From Candidatus Latescibacterota bacterium (GTDB lineage: Bacteria > Latescibacterota > UBA2968 > UBA8231), in contig CBDCSU010000006.1 of NCBI GenBank assembly GCA_965221775.1, positions 64,001-128,000 of the forward strand: DNA of 64,000 bases. The letters run 5' to 3'. Positions 1 to 8,331 of this stretch are shown here, piece after piece. Each line of letters begins with the position of its first letter. Position 1 is the stretch's first letter. The notes under the pieces were generated by a model. It saw nothing but the letters and a program-made list of their open reading frames with translations, was not told the DNA's origin and did no database searches. Made by a program: the position numbers and the translations under genes.

Positions 1-290
1 ACGTACCCGAGGCCCCCGTCGCCGTCGACGATCGCCGTGGTCGCCGTCTCGTGCACGACCCGGATGCGGGGATCGGGGTTGAGGCGGCCCTCCCGGAAGT
101 GGCGGCAGTACCCGGGGACGAAGTTGATGCCGTGGCTGCGCACGCCGCGCAGTTCCGAGTTGGTCAGGAGCCGCGCCGTCCGCGCCGCGTGGTCCCGGCT
201 CTTCATGCCGGACTTGACCAGGCACTCGGTGAGGAAGGCCAGCTCGCGCTCCTCGGCGACCCGGACGAACTCCTCCGGGGGGCGGTTCAC
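1..290 (-). CDS. Ldh_2-family (malate/L-lactate/sulfolactate-type) oxidoreductase, 5' part only; runs off the window edge
   Basis: Not in the ORF track. Manual translation from GTG at 290 gives MNRPPEEFVRV...LTNSELRGVRSHG...TAIVDGDGGLGY, matching the Ldh_2 motifs (D/E)LRGxxSHG and DGxxGLG. The start overlaps the upstream stop (GTGA). Confidence 0.8.
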   Translation of the reverse strand, partial: MNRPPEEFVRVAEERELAFLTECLVKSGMKSRDHAARTARLLTNSELRGVRSHGINFVPGYCRHFREGRLNPDPRIRVVHETATTAIVDGDGGLGY

Positions 291-1093
291 GAACGCTCCC
301 CCGCGAGCCGGCGCAACTGGGCGGCGGCCAGAGTCAGCACCTCGCGGTCGTCGCAGGCGTTGGCGTCCTTGCCCTCGAAGACGACCCCCAAGGTGCCGTT
401 GAAACCGGCGCCGGCGAGGATGTCGACGATGCGGTCGTAGTCGAGCCACTCCTCGCGGCCGGAGTCGATCTTGTAGAACTTGGCGCGCACGTGGGCGGCG
501 TGGTGCGCGGTCTGCTCCATGTACCGGTAGATGTCGTGGTCGGGGTCGGGCCGGCCCTGGGTGCGCGCCGGCGATCCCTCCCACTGCCCGGTGTCGAGGA
601 TGAAGGTGAAGTTGTCGCGCCCCACCTCGTCGAAGAGCCGCAGGATCCCGTCTCCGGTGCACGGGTGGTTCTGCAGGCCCACGGCGATGCTGTGCGAGGC
701 CGCGTAGTCGCAGCAGGCCTGGAAGCACTCCACCTCGCGGCGGCGGGCGCCGGCGTCCTCGGGGGTGGAGCCGCAGAACACGCGCACCATGGGCGCCCCC
801 AGGGAGACGGCCACGTCCACGTCGGTGCGCACCCGCCGGACCTTCTCCTCCAGCTCGGACTCGGTGCCCACGAAGTGTCCGCCCGTGGCCAGGTAGCCGA
901 TGCTCAGCCCCTTGCGCAGGCAGTCCATCTTGGTCCGCAGCAGGTAGCCGGACCCGTGCTCCTCGAAGCCGACGTCGCTGCGCAGGTCGATCACGTCGAG
1001 GCGCAGCTCGTAGGCGAGGTTGATGAAGCTCTCGATGTCGGGGAAGCTGTTGCGGTCCTTGCCGAACATCGATGCGTACAGTCCTACCTTCAT
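287..1093 (-). CDS. Sugar phosphate isomerase/epimerase (xylose isomerase-like TIM barrel)
   Basis: Start reassigned to MKVGLYASMF (ATG at 1093). Motifs VRVFCG, LQNH, ILDTGQW, HVRAK and VFEG. Confidence 0.8.
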   Translation of the reverse strand: MKVGLYASMFGKDRNSFPDIESFINLAYELRLDVIDLRSDVGFEEHGSGYLLRTKMDCLRKGLSIGYLATGGHFVGTESELEEKVRRVRTDVDVAVSLGAPMVRVFCGSTPEDAGARRREVECFQACCDYAASHSIAVGLQNHPCTGDGILRLFDEVGRDNFTFILDTGQWEGSPARTQGRPDPDHDIYRYMEQTAHHAAHVRAKFYKIDSGREEWLDYDRIVDILAGAGFNGTLGVVFEGKDANACDDREVLTLAAAQLRRLAGERS

Positions 1094-1221
1094 TCCGAGA
1101 CTCCCATCATCAGGTGTGGTGTGGAAACAACGTCGCCGTCGGCGGGTAGACAAGAGGGCCCGGGCCGGACAGTTTTTCACCCCCCGCCGTCCATTGACCC
1201 GGCAACCGAAAGCGAGTTCCC

Positions 1222-2457
1222 ATGTCCTCCCACCGCATCACCTCCGTCGACGTCATCCCCATCTACCCGCGCCTGGCGCGCCGCTACGCCGGCCGCGTCG
1301 TCGACCTCTACGGCATCGACTGCCGCCTGCTGTTCCGCGTGGCCACCGACTCCGGCCTCGTGGGCTGGGGCGACCAGCGCGTCCGTCCCTGGTTCGAGCC
1401 GGCCGCCGACATGGGCCAGGAGCTGGTGGGGCGCGACCCCTTCGACTACCTCAACGGCAACCTCTCCGGCGGGCTGAACACGGCGGCCTACGACCTGATG
1501 GGCAAGTGCCTGGAGGTGCCGGCCTGGAAGCTCATGGGGCCGAAGCGGCGGGACTGGGTGCCCGTGGCGGCCTGGACCCGGCCCGCGTCGCCGGAACAGT
1601 TCGCCGCCGAGATCCAGCGCGCCGCCGCCCAGGGCTACCGCACCTTCAAGATCCACACCTGCACCTACCACGACGTCTTCGAGCAGACGAAGGCGGCCGA
1701 GGCGGTGGCCCCCGAGGGCTTCCGCATCCACTACGACTTCAACCACAACCGCTCTCTCGGGGCGGTGCTGCCGATCGTCGCCGAGCTGGAGCGCAACCAC
1801 CCCATCGTCGGCTACATCGAGGACCCCATCCTCAAGGGCGACGTCGAGGGCTGGGCGGCGATCCGCCGCAAGTCGCGCATCCCCATCATCATGCACGGCA
1901 CCCCCCAGGGCGGAATGCTGGAGTACCGGCAGGACCTGGCCGACATCTACATGATCGGCGGCACCATGTACGAGACGATGACCATCGGCTGGGCCCTGGG
2001 CCGGGCCAACATCCAGGTGATCCTGCAGCACGAGTCGGGGACTCTGGGCAAGGCGATGGCCATGCACATGGCCGCCGTCCTGCCGAGCCACTCGGCCCAC
2101 TCGATCAACCTCGACGACCAGTACGAGGAGGACGTGACCACCGCGACGATCCCCGTCGTCGAGGGATCCTCGCCCGTGCCTTCCGGGATCGGCCTGGGGT
2201 ACGAGGTGGACGAGACCGCCGTGGAGCGGCTGGCGGCGCAGGCGCCCGCCGAGCGGCCCCGCCACATCGGCATCCTGCACATGCCCGGGGGCGCCACCTG
2301 GTACGGCCGGGGCTACGTCTCCCCCACGAGCGTCACCGGCACCGAGGAGGCCGGCGTCCGCGGCTTCCGTTCCGAGCTGTGGGAGGACGACGGCACCCCG
2401 GGGTTCGAGGAGATGCACGCCCGCGTCGAGAAGGAGGGACGGGTCCTGGCCACCTGA
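1222..2457 (+). CDS. Mandelate racemase/muconate lactonizing (enolase superfamily) enzyme
   Basis: N-terminal capping domain (VATDSGLVGWGD; AAYDLMGK..VPAWKLMG), FKIH, and metal ligands DFN / EDP. Confidence 0.85.
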   Translation: MSSHRITSVDVIPIYPRLARRYAGRVVDLYGIDCRLLFRVATDSGLVGWGDQRVRPWFEPAADMGQELVGRDPFDYLNGNLSGGLNTAAYDLMGKCLEVPAWKLMGPKRRDWVPVAAWTRPASPEQFAAEIQRAAAQGYRTFKIHTCTYHDVFEQTKAAEAVAPEGFRIHYDFNHNRSLGAVLPIVAELERNHPIVGYIEDPILKGDVEGWAAIRRKSRIPIIMHGTPQGGMLEYRQDLADIYMIGGTMYETMTIGWALGRANIQVILQHESGTLGKAMAMHMAAVLPSHSAHSINLDDQYEEDVTTATIPVVEGSSPVPSGIGLGYEVDETAVERLAAQAPAERPRHIGILHMPGGATWYGRGYVSPTSVTGTEEAGVRGFRSELWEDDGTPGFEEMHARVEKEGRVLAT

Positions 2458-2476
2458 GCCTGGGTCGGCCGACGGA

Positions 2477-3304
2477 TCAGCGCAGGCCGAAGACCTCCCG
2501 CGCCGTCTCGCCCAGCAGCCAGCGGCGGTCCTCGTCGCTCAGGAAGTCGAGGTGGCGCTGGAACAGCTCCAGGGCGGGGGCGTACCCCGTGCTGCTGAGC
2601 ACGCCCGGGAAGTTCGTCCCCCACATGACCCGCCGGGGGCCGTAGGCGTCGAAGAGCCTGCGGTAGAGGTCGAAGGTGTCGCGGTGGGGGAACGGTTCCT
2701 GCGAGCGGTGGCGCTGGGGCGTGAACTTGACGTGGACGTGCTCGTGGCGGGCGAAGCCGACCACGTACTCGAGGAGGCGGTCGTGGTCGTCCTCGTCGGG
2801 ACGGGGCACGCCGCCCACGTGGTCGAGGACGACCTTGACGCCGGGGAAGCGGGCGACGATCGGCTCCACCACCTCCAGGTGGGCGGCGGGGCCGTAGAGG
2901 GTGAAGTTGGCGCCGATCTCCTCGGCCTTGCGCCACAAGGGGTCCTGGTCGGGCGTCGCCCACAGGGACGGGTGGTCGACCCGCGACGCCAGGTGGATGC
3001 GCAGTCCGATGAAGCCGTCCTCGCGCACGAGTTTCTCGAGGACGTCCGCGGCGTCCGGCGCCTTCTGGTCGATGAGGGCGGTGCCCGCGAAGCGGCCCGG
3101 AAACCGCCGCAGGCAGTCGGCCACGTAGCGGTTGTCGTGCATGTACCCGACGGCCTGCACGATCACCGCCTGGTCGACGCCGGCGGCGGCCATGTTCTCG
3201 TTGAGCAGCTCCACGGGCGCCGCCTCGCGGGGCTCGCGGCCCTCGGCCACGGGATACCGTTCCAGGTCGGCGCTCCAGACGTGCAGATGACTGTCGACGA
3301 TCAT
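2477..3304 (-). CDS. Amidohydrolase_2 family protein (L-fuconolactonase-like)
   Basis: Start MIVDSHLHVW (ATG at 3304). Motifs VVLDHVG and RVMWGTNFP. Confidence 0.85.
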   Translation of the reverse strand: MIVDSHLHVWSADLERYPVAEGREPREAAPVELLNENMAAAGVDQAVIVQAVGYMHDNRYVADCLRRFPGRFAGTALIDQKAPDAADVLEKLVREDGFIGLRIHLASRVDHPSLWATPDQDPLWRKAEEIGANFTLYGPAAHLEVVEPIVARFPGVKVVLDHVGGVPRPDEDDHDRLLEYVVGFARHEHVHVKFTPQRHRSQEPFPHRDTFDLYRRLFDAYGPRRVMWGTNFPGVLSSTGYAPALELFQRHLDFLSDEDRRWLLGETAREVFGLR

Positions 3305-3318
3305 TCGAACTCCACCTC

Positions 3319-5805
3319 TCAGTGTGGGATGCGGTGCTGGTGGAGACGGCGGTGGATCGCTTCCCGCGCCTCCAGGAAGGGCGACTCCAGGTAGGCCATG
3401 TGGTCGCCGCCGCCGTGGTGGTGGGTGGCGGTGCCCGGCGTGTGCTGGCGGCTCTGGCCGCGGATGTACTGGAGGCAGCCGTCCACCAGGGTGAGCATGT
3501 ACTGGGCGGTGCTCTCGTCGAACATCCACCACTCGCCGTCGCCGCAGGTCAGGTAGACCGGCGAGGTGTGGGCCATGATCGACCGGCCCCAGCCGTCGTG
3601 GTGCGCCACCCCCGTGTACCCGGGCCCGGCGCAGCGCGCCGCGATCCACGAGTTCCCCTTCACCTCGACCTTGGCCGCCACCTTCAGGGCGCGGGTGCCG
3701 CCGGCGTCGTTGGCCGAGGCGACCACGCGCCCCTCCTGCACGATCTGCAGGGTGTGGATCGGCACCACCGACCCGGCCTGCGCCTCGACCTCGACGGTGC
3801 CGCCGTTGCCGGGCAGGCGCAGGGTGTCGCCGATGTCGCAGCCGTCGACCTTCAGCCGCAGGATCGGGCCGCCGCTGTGGAAGGTGCGGCCCCGGGCGAC
3901 GTTGGCGCACCAGCTGTCATAGGTGAAGGGCTCGTCCTCGGGGATGCGCACGTAAGTGCGGTAGAGCCCCACGGGGACCTCGTTCGACATCTTGTCGGTG
4001 CCGCCCACCAGGGGCAGGCGGTAGCCGCAGTTGAGGTAGCGGTAGTACTCCTGGTGCTCGAAGGGGCCGTGGCGCAGCATCTCCACGGCATCGGCGCGGC
4101 CCGTGGCGATCAGGGTCGCCGGCTCGCCGTTGGGGTTGGGCAGATGCGGGATCACCACCGTGCCGCCCTGGCCGCGGCACTGGTCGGCCCAGTCGGACAT
4201 GGTCACCTCCAGGGTGCCGCCGATCTCGGCCTCGCCGGGACCGTCCGAGCACCAGGGCATGACCGGCTCCTTGAGGCCCCACAGGATCAGGTGCCCGAGG
4301 AAGTGCTGGCGGTTCTCCTGGGAGACGTAGACCAGGCTCTCGCCGTCGCTGGAGACGCCGCCGGTGAACTCCTGGGTGTCGGTGAACAGGCTGCCCCACT
4401 GGGACTGGAGCATGTTGACCACGTCCAGGTCCTCGCCGTTGGCCTCCAGGTGGCTGCCCTGGGCGGAGAGGAAGTGGACGTGGGAGTCGCCCGAGTACCA
4501 GCCCTCGCCGTTCATGTCGACCCAGCGGTCGAGGGTCAGGTCCAGCTCGGTCTGGCCGGGCCGGATCTCCACCTCCCGGCGCAGGGGCTCGTACTCGAAG
4601 CCCCGGGCCACGTCGACGATCACCCGGCCCCGGGGCAGCCAGCCCTGGCAGGTGCCGTCGGTGTAGGCGTACGAGAGCTGTCCCATGCGCACGTCGCCGC
4701 CGACGTCGATGTGCCAGCTGTCCATGTCGGAGTTGACGTGCCCGTGGTGGCCGTGGGGGGCGTAGGCCACCCCCTCGGGAGAGCGGAAGTGGATGCGGCA
4801 CGGCACCGGCCGGCCGGTCTTGCCGTCGAGGACGCGGGTGCGCACCCAGTTGCGGCCGTGGTCGATCATCTCGACGCGCACGCGGCCGTCGGCGCTCTCT
4901 GCCGACCCGGCCTCCACCACGTCGCCCCAGCGGGTCTCGCCCACGGGCTCGCCGTCCTGGCGGACCTTCACCGTCGCCGACGGTGACGCCGCGATCTGCA
5001 GGCCGGCGGGGCTGCTGGCCTGATTCTGCGCCTCGCCCCAGCCCTTGCGGTCGGCGACGAACTCCTCCGGCGTCTTCCGCGAAAGCGGATAGGGATAGGT
5101 GGTGACGCCGCGGTCGACCTCGACCTCCAGGTCGAAGGGGCGGTCCGCCGCCTCGGGATCGGTGAGGGTGATGCGCACGTCCCTCAGCCCCTCGCGGCAG
5201 ATGGGGAACTCGTCGGCGTGCCCGAGGGTGACGGCGGCCACGGCGAAGACCCGGTCCCCCGGTTCCACCTCGATCGCCTCCAGCTCCTGCTCCGGGTGCG
5301 GGTTCGACCACACGTAGAGGGCGAAGTGCATGTTGCTGGCCGCCGCCGTCTCCGTCTGCCGCCGTCCGGCCGCGTCCCAGCGGCCCTCCCAGCGCGGCAG
5401 CAGCTCGTCCTTCTGATCGGGGAAGGCGACGAAGGGGCGTCCGCCGTCGCTGGGCACGGTGCAGATCTCGAAGCGTTCCCGCTGCGGCGCCGGGACCACC
5501 TCGCCGCCCTTCAGGTGGAAGCGGTAGGTGGCCACCGTGTCGCCCGTGGGGGCGCCGTCGCGGATGGAGGACTCGGCCAGCCGTTGGGCGAAGACGACGT
5601 GGCGGGCCGAACGCCCGACGGGGATCCTCAGGCTGGAGGTCCGGTGGCCCGGACCGAAGGCGACGAGGCAGTGCCCGCCGCCGCCGCCCACCTGGAAGGG
5701 CAGACCCTGCCAGCACTGCTGACCGGTGGGCACCTCCGCTCCGAAGAGATCGGCGCCGGCGTTGCAGAAGGAGGTCAGCTCCACGGGCTCGTAGTCGTTC
5801 ATCAC
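3319..5805 (-). CDS. CehA/McbA-family PHP-like metallohydrolase
   Basis: Motifs GWYSGDSHVH, ENRQHFLGHL, YYRYLNCGYRLPLVGGTD, RTYV and AHTSPVY; His-rich C-terminus. Confidence 0.8.
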   Translation of the reverse strand: MMNDYEPVELTSFCNAGADLFGAEVPTGQQCWQGLPFQVGGGGGHCLVAFGPGHRTSSLRIPVGRSARHVVFAQRLAESSIRDGAPTGDTVATYRFHLKGGEVVPAPQRERFEICTVPSDGGRPFVAFPDQKDELLPRWEGRWDAAGRRQTETAAASNMHFALYVWSNPHPEQELEAIEVEPGDRVFAVAAVTLGHADEFPICREGLRDVRITLTDPEAADRPFDLEVEVDRGVTTYPYPLSRKTPEEFVADRKGWGEAQNQASSPAGLQIAASPSATVKVRQDGEPVGETRWGDVVEAGSAESADGRVRVEMIDHGRNWVRTRVLDGKTGRPVPCRIHFRSPEGVAYAPHGHHGHVNSDMDSWHIDVGGDVRMGQLSYAYTDGTCQGWLPRGRVIVDVARGFEYEPLRREVEIRPGQTELDLTLDRWVDMNGEGWYSGDSHVHFLSAQGSHLEANGEDLDVVNMLQSQWGSLFTDTQEFTGGVSSDGESLVYVSQENRQHFLGHLILWGLKEPVMPWCSDGPGEAEIGGTLEVTMSDWADQCRGQGGTVVIPHLPNPNGEPATLIATGRADAVEMLRHGPFEHQEYYRYLNCGYRLPLVGGTDKMSNEVPVGLYRTYVRIPEDEPFTYDSWCANVARGRTFHSGGPILRLKVDGCDIGDTLRLPGNGGTVEVEAQAGSVVPIHTLQIVQEGRVVASANDAGGTRALKVAAKVEVKGNSWIAARCAGPGYTGVAHHDGWGRSIMAHTSPVYLTCGDGEWWMFDESTAQYMLTLVDGCLQYIRGQSRQHTPGTATHHHGGGDHMAYLESPFLEAREAIHRRLHQHRIPH

Positions 5806-5922
5806 GGACCTTTCCCCCGGCCGGCTCCCTGCCTCGCACCGGGCGGTGTGCTACATTGGTTCCGAGTCTTGCGAGCCGCCAAAGATAGGTCCCGCCGCTG
5901 GCGAGGACAGAGAGGAGGCCCC

Positions 5923-7269
5923 ATGCGCCCCAGGCCGATCCCGCTCGACGACGACGCCCTGCAGCGCTTCCTGCGCGACGGCTACATCACCCTCGACGCC
6001 GGCCTGTCCGCCGACTTCCACCGGGAGCTGTTCGAGGAGGTGGACCGCGTCTTCGAGGCCGAGTCCAACCCCGGCAACAACATCCTGCCGCGGGTCCCCG
6101 GCATCCGCCGCGTCCTCGACAGCCCCCCCGTCCACGGCGCCCTGCAAAGCCTGCTGGGGGAGGACTACTACCTGCACGCCCACCGCTTCTGCCACTACCG
6201 GCAGCCCGGGAGCGAGGCCCAGCAGCTGCACAAGGACAGCTGGTCCCGGCGGCACCACCGCACCCGCTGGTGCATGGCCTTCTACTACCCGCAGGACACC
6301 ACCGGGGAGATGGGCCCCACCGGCGTCGTGCCGGGATCGCAGTACCTGAACTCACCGCCCGACCCGGCCGGCGAGATCCCCCTGGCCGGCGGCGCCGGCA
6401 CGGTGACGATCGTCCACTACGACCTCTGGCACCGCGGCCTGGCCAACACCAGCGACCGCAAGCGCTACATGGTCAAGTTCCTCTTCACCCGCCTCGACGA
6501 GCCGGCCGCTGACGGGCGCGGTCCGGCCTCCTTCGACGGGGAGGACCGGCTGGCGCCGCTGTGGCGGTCCATGTGGCGCTGGCACACGGGCCAGGCCGGC
6601 GCGGCGGCGGCCACGGTCTCCTCCGCGGAGGCGGAGGACCTGCCCGGGGATCTCGGCGCCGGGGACGAGACCCGGGCCCTGAGCGCCGCCTACCGCCTCG
6701 GGGAGTCGGCCGACGGCGCCGCCGTGAGCGCCCTTCTGGACGGCCTGCGCGGCGGCGATCCCGCCGTCCGGCGCAACGCCGCCTACGGGCTGACCGCCGC
6801 GGGGGCCGCCGCCGTCCCCGGGCTGGCGGAGTGCCTGGCGCACGCCGACGCCGGGGTGCGGGCCGCGGCCGTCGACTGCCTGGGCGACCTCGGCCGCCAG
6901 GCCGCCGAGGCGGAACCCGCCGTGGCCGCGAGTCTGGAAGACGGCGACGTCGAGGTCCGCCGCCTCGCCGCCCATGCCCTCGGGACCATGGGAGCCGACT
7001 CGGCGGTGCCGCGCCTCGCCGAGGCCTGCTCGGAGGCGGACGAGTGGGTGATCCGCAACGCCTCCCTGAGCCTGGCGCGCCTGGGCGCCGCCGCCGAGGG
7101 CGCCCTCCCGGCCCTGGACCACGCCCTCGACCACGACAACCGCTACGTCCGCGCCAACGCCCTCCGCTGCCTGCAGCGCATCGACAGCGACGGGGCCCGC
7201 GAGTTGCTCTACCACCACCTGGCCACCTCCCGCTGGTGCCCGATCACGGCCAGCGGCACGCCCTACTGA
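5923..7269 (+). CDS. Phytanoyl-CoA dioxygenase (PhyH) domain fused to HEAT/PBS-lyase repeats
   Basis: ATG at 5923 after GGAGG. Motifs FLRDGY, HKD (HxD), GPTGVVPGS and LWHRG, then repeats VRRNAAYGL / VRAAAVDCLG / VRRLAAHALG / IRNASLSL / VRANALRCL. Confidence 0.85.
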   Translation: MRPRPIPLDDDALQRFLRDGYITLDAGLSADFHRELFEEVDRVFEAESNPGNNILPRVPGIRRVLDSPPVHGALQSLLGEDYYLHAHRFCHYRQPGSEAQQLHKDSWSRRHHRTRWCMAFYYPQDTTGEMGPTGVVPGSQYLNSPPDPAGEIPLAGGAGTVTIVHYDLWHRGLANTSDRKRYMVKFLFTRLDEPAADGRGPASFDGEDRLAPLWRSMWRWHTGQAGAAAATVSSAEAEDLPGDLGAGDETRALSAAYRLGESADGAAVSALLDGLRGGDPAVRRNAAYGLTAAGAAAVPGLAECLAHADAGVRAAAVDCLGDLGRQAAEAEPAVAASLEDGDVEVRRLAAHALGTMGADSAVPRLAEACSEADEWVIRNASLSLARLGAAAEGALPALDHALDHDNRYVRANALRCLQRIDSDGARELLYHHLATSRWCPITASGTPY

Positions 7270-7276
7270 GCCCCCG

Positions 7277-8320
7277 GTGCTGACGATCGAGACGCGTGGA
7301 CCGGCGCGCGACCGCGGCCGCCAGCAGGGAGAGCAGTGCCGCGCTCTCGCCGAGGGCTGGCTTCGCCGGGTGCTGGCCAGCCTGGCGGCGCAGCAACGGG
7401 CGCCCTCCTGGGACGCCCTGGTCGAGGCCCTGGGCCGCAACGCGCGCCGCTGGACCGACCAGTGGGCCGCCGTCTACCCGGCCGGGGCGGAGGAGTGCCG
7501 AGGCATCGCCGCCGGCCTGGGCTGGGACGAGGATCTCTACCTGGCCGCCCTCTGCCACCACCGCCTCTCCGGCCAGCTGCCCCAGTGCACTCTCGTCGGC
7601 CGGCGGCAGAACGGGTCGGCGCGCTTCGGCAAGACCGACGACATCGAGCGTCACCAGCTGGGCCTGAACCTGCTCGAGATCAGCCGCCCCGAAGACGGCC
7701 ACGACCACGGCCACTTCCACTTCGCCGGCACGCCGTGGACGGTGGCGGGCTTCAACCGCCCGGGGCTGGCCATGGGCATGACCGGCATTCCGGGGCCGAT
7801 GAAGGAGGAGGACGGCCTGTTCTCGCTGATGGCCCTGCACACGGTGCTGCCGGCCTGCGCCGATGTGGGCGAGGCGATCGAGCACCTGCGGGACCTGCCG
7901 GTGAACGCCTACGGTTTCAGCCTGATGCTCGGGGATGGCTCGGGCCGCCTCGCTCTCGTGGAGAAGACCGGCGCCGGGATGACCGTGGTCGAGGCGGAGG
8001 ACGGCCGCCCCCTCGGCCATACGAACCACATCCTGAACGCTGAGTTCGCCCGCAGAAACCCGCCCCAGAGCCCCGCCATCGACACCAACGGCCGGCGCCG
8101 CCTCGACAACGCCCTGCGCCTGGCGAGGGAGGGTACCGCCATCGAGCGGATCCTGGCCGACCGCTGCCCCGTCGGGGCCGTCTGCCAGCAGGGGGAGGAC
8201 GGGCTGCACACCGACTTCGCCGTCCTCTTCGAACCGGTGGAGCGGCGCCTGCGCCTGTGGTCCGGCCCGCCCGCCCTGGTGGAGTCGAGGGAGTACGACT
8301 TCGGGCGCCTGCTGGCCTGA
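7277..8320 (+). CDS. C45-family autoproteolytic Ntn acyltransferase/hydrolase
   Basis: Internal Cys nucleophile QCTLVG; motifs GKTDD, AGFNRPGLAMG and HTNHIL. Confidence 0.8.
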   Translation: MLTIETRGPARDRGRQQGEQCRALAEGWLRRVLASLAAQQRAPSWDALVEALGRNARRWTDQWAAVYPAGAEECRGIAAGLGWDEDLYLAALCHHRLSGQLPQCTLVGRRQNGSARFGKTDDIERHQLGLNLLEISRPEDGHDHGHFHFAGTPWTVAGFNRPGLAMGMTGIPGPMKEEDGLFSLMALHTVLPACADVGEAIEHLRDLPVNAYGFSLMLGDGSGRLALVEKTGAGMTVVEAEDGRPLGHTNHILNAEFARRNPPQSPAIDTNGRRRLDNALRLAREGTAIERILADRCPVGAVCQQGEDGLHTDFAVLFEPVERRLRLWSGPPALVESREYDFGRLLA

Positions 8321-8331
8321 CGCCTCCCGGG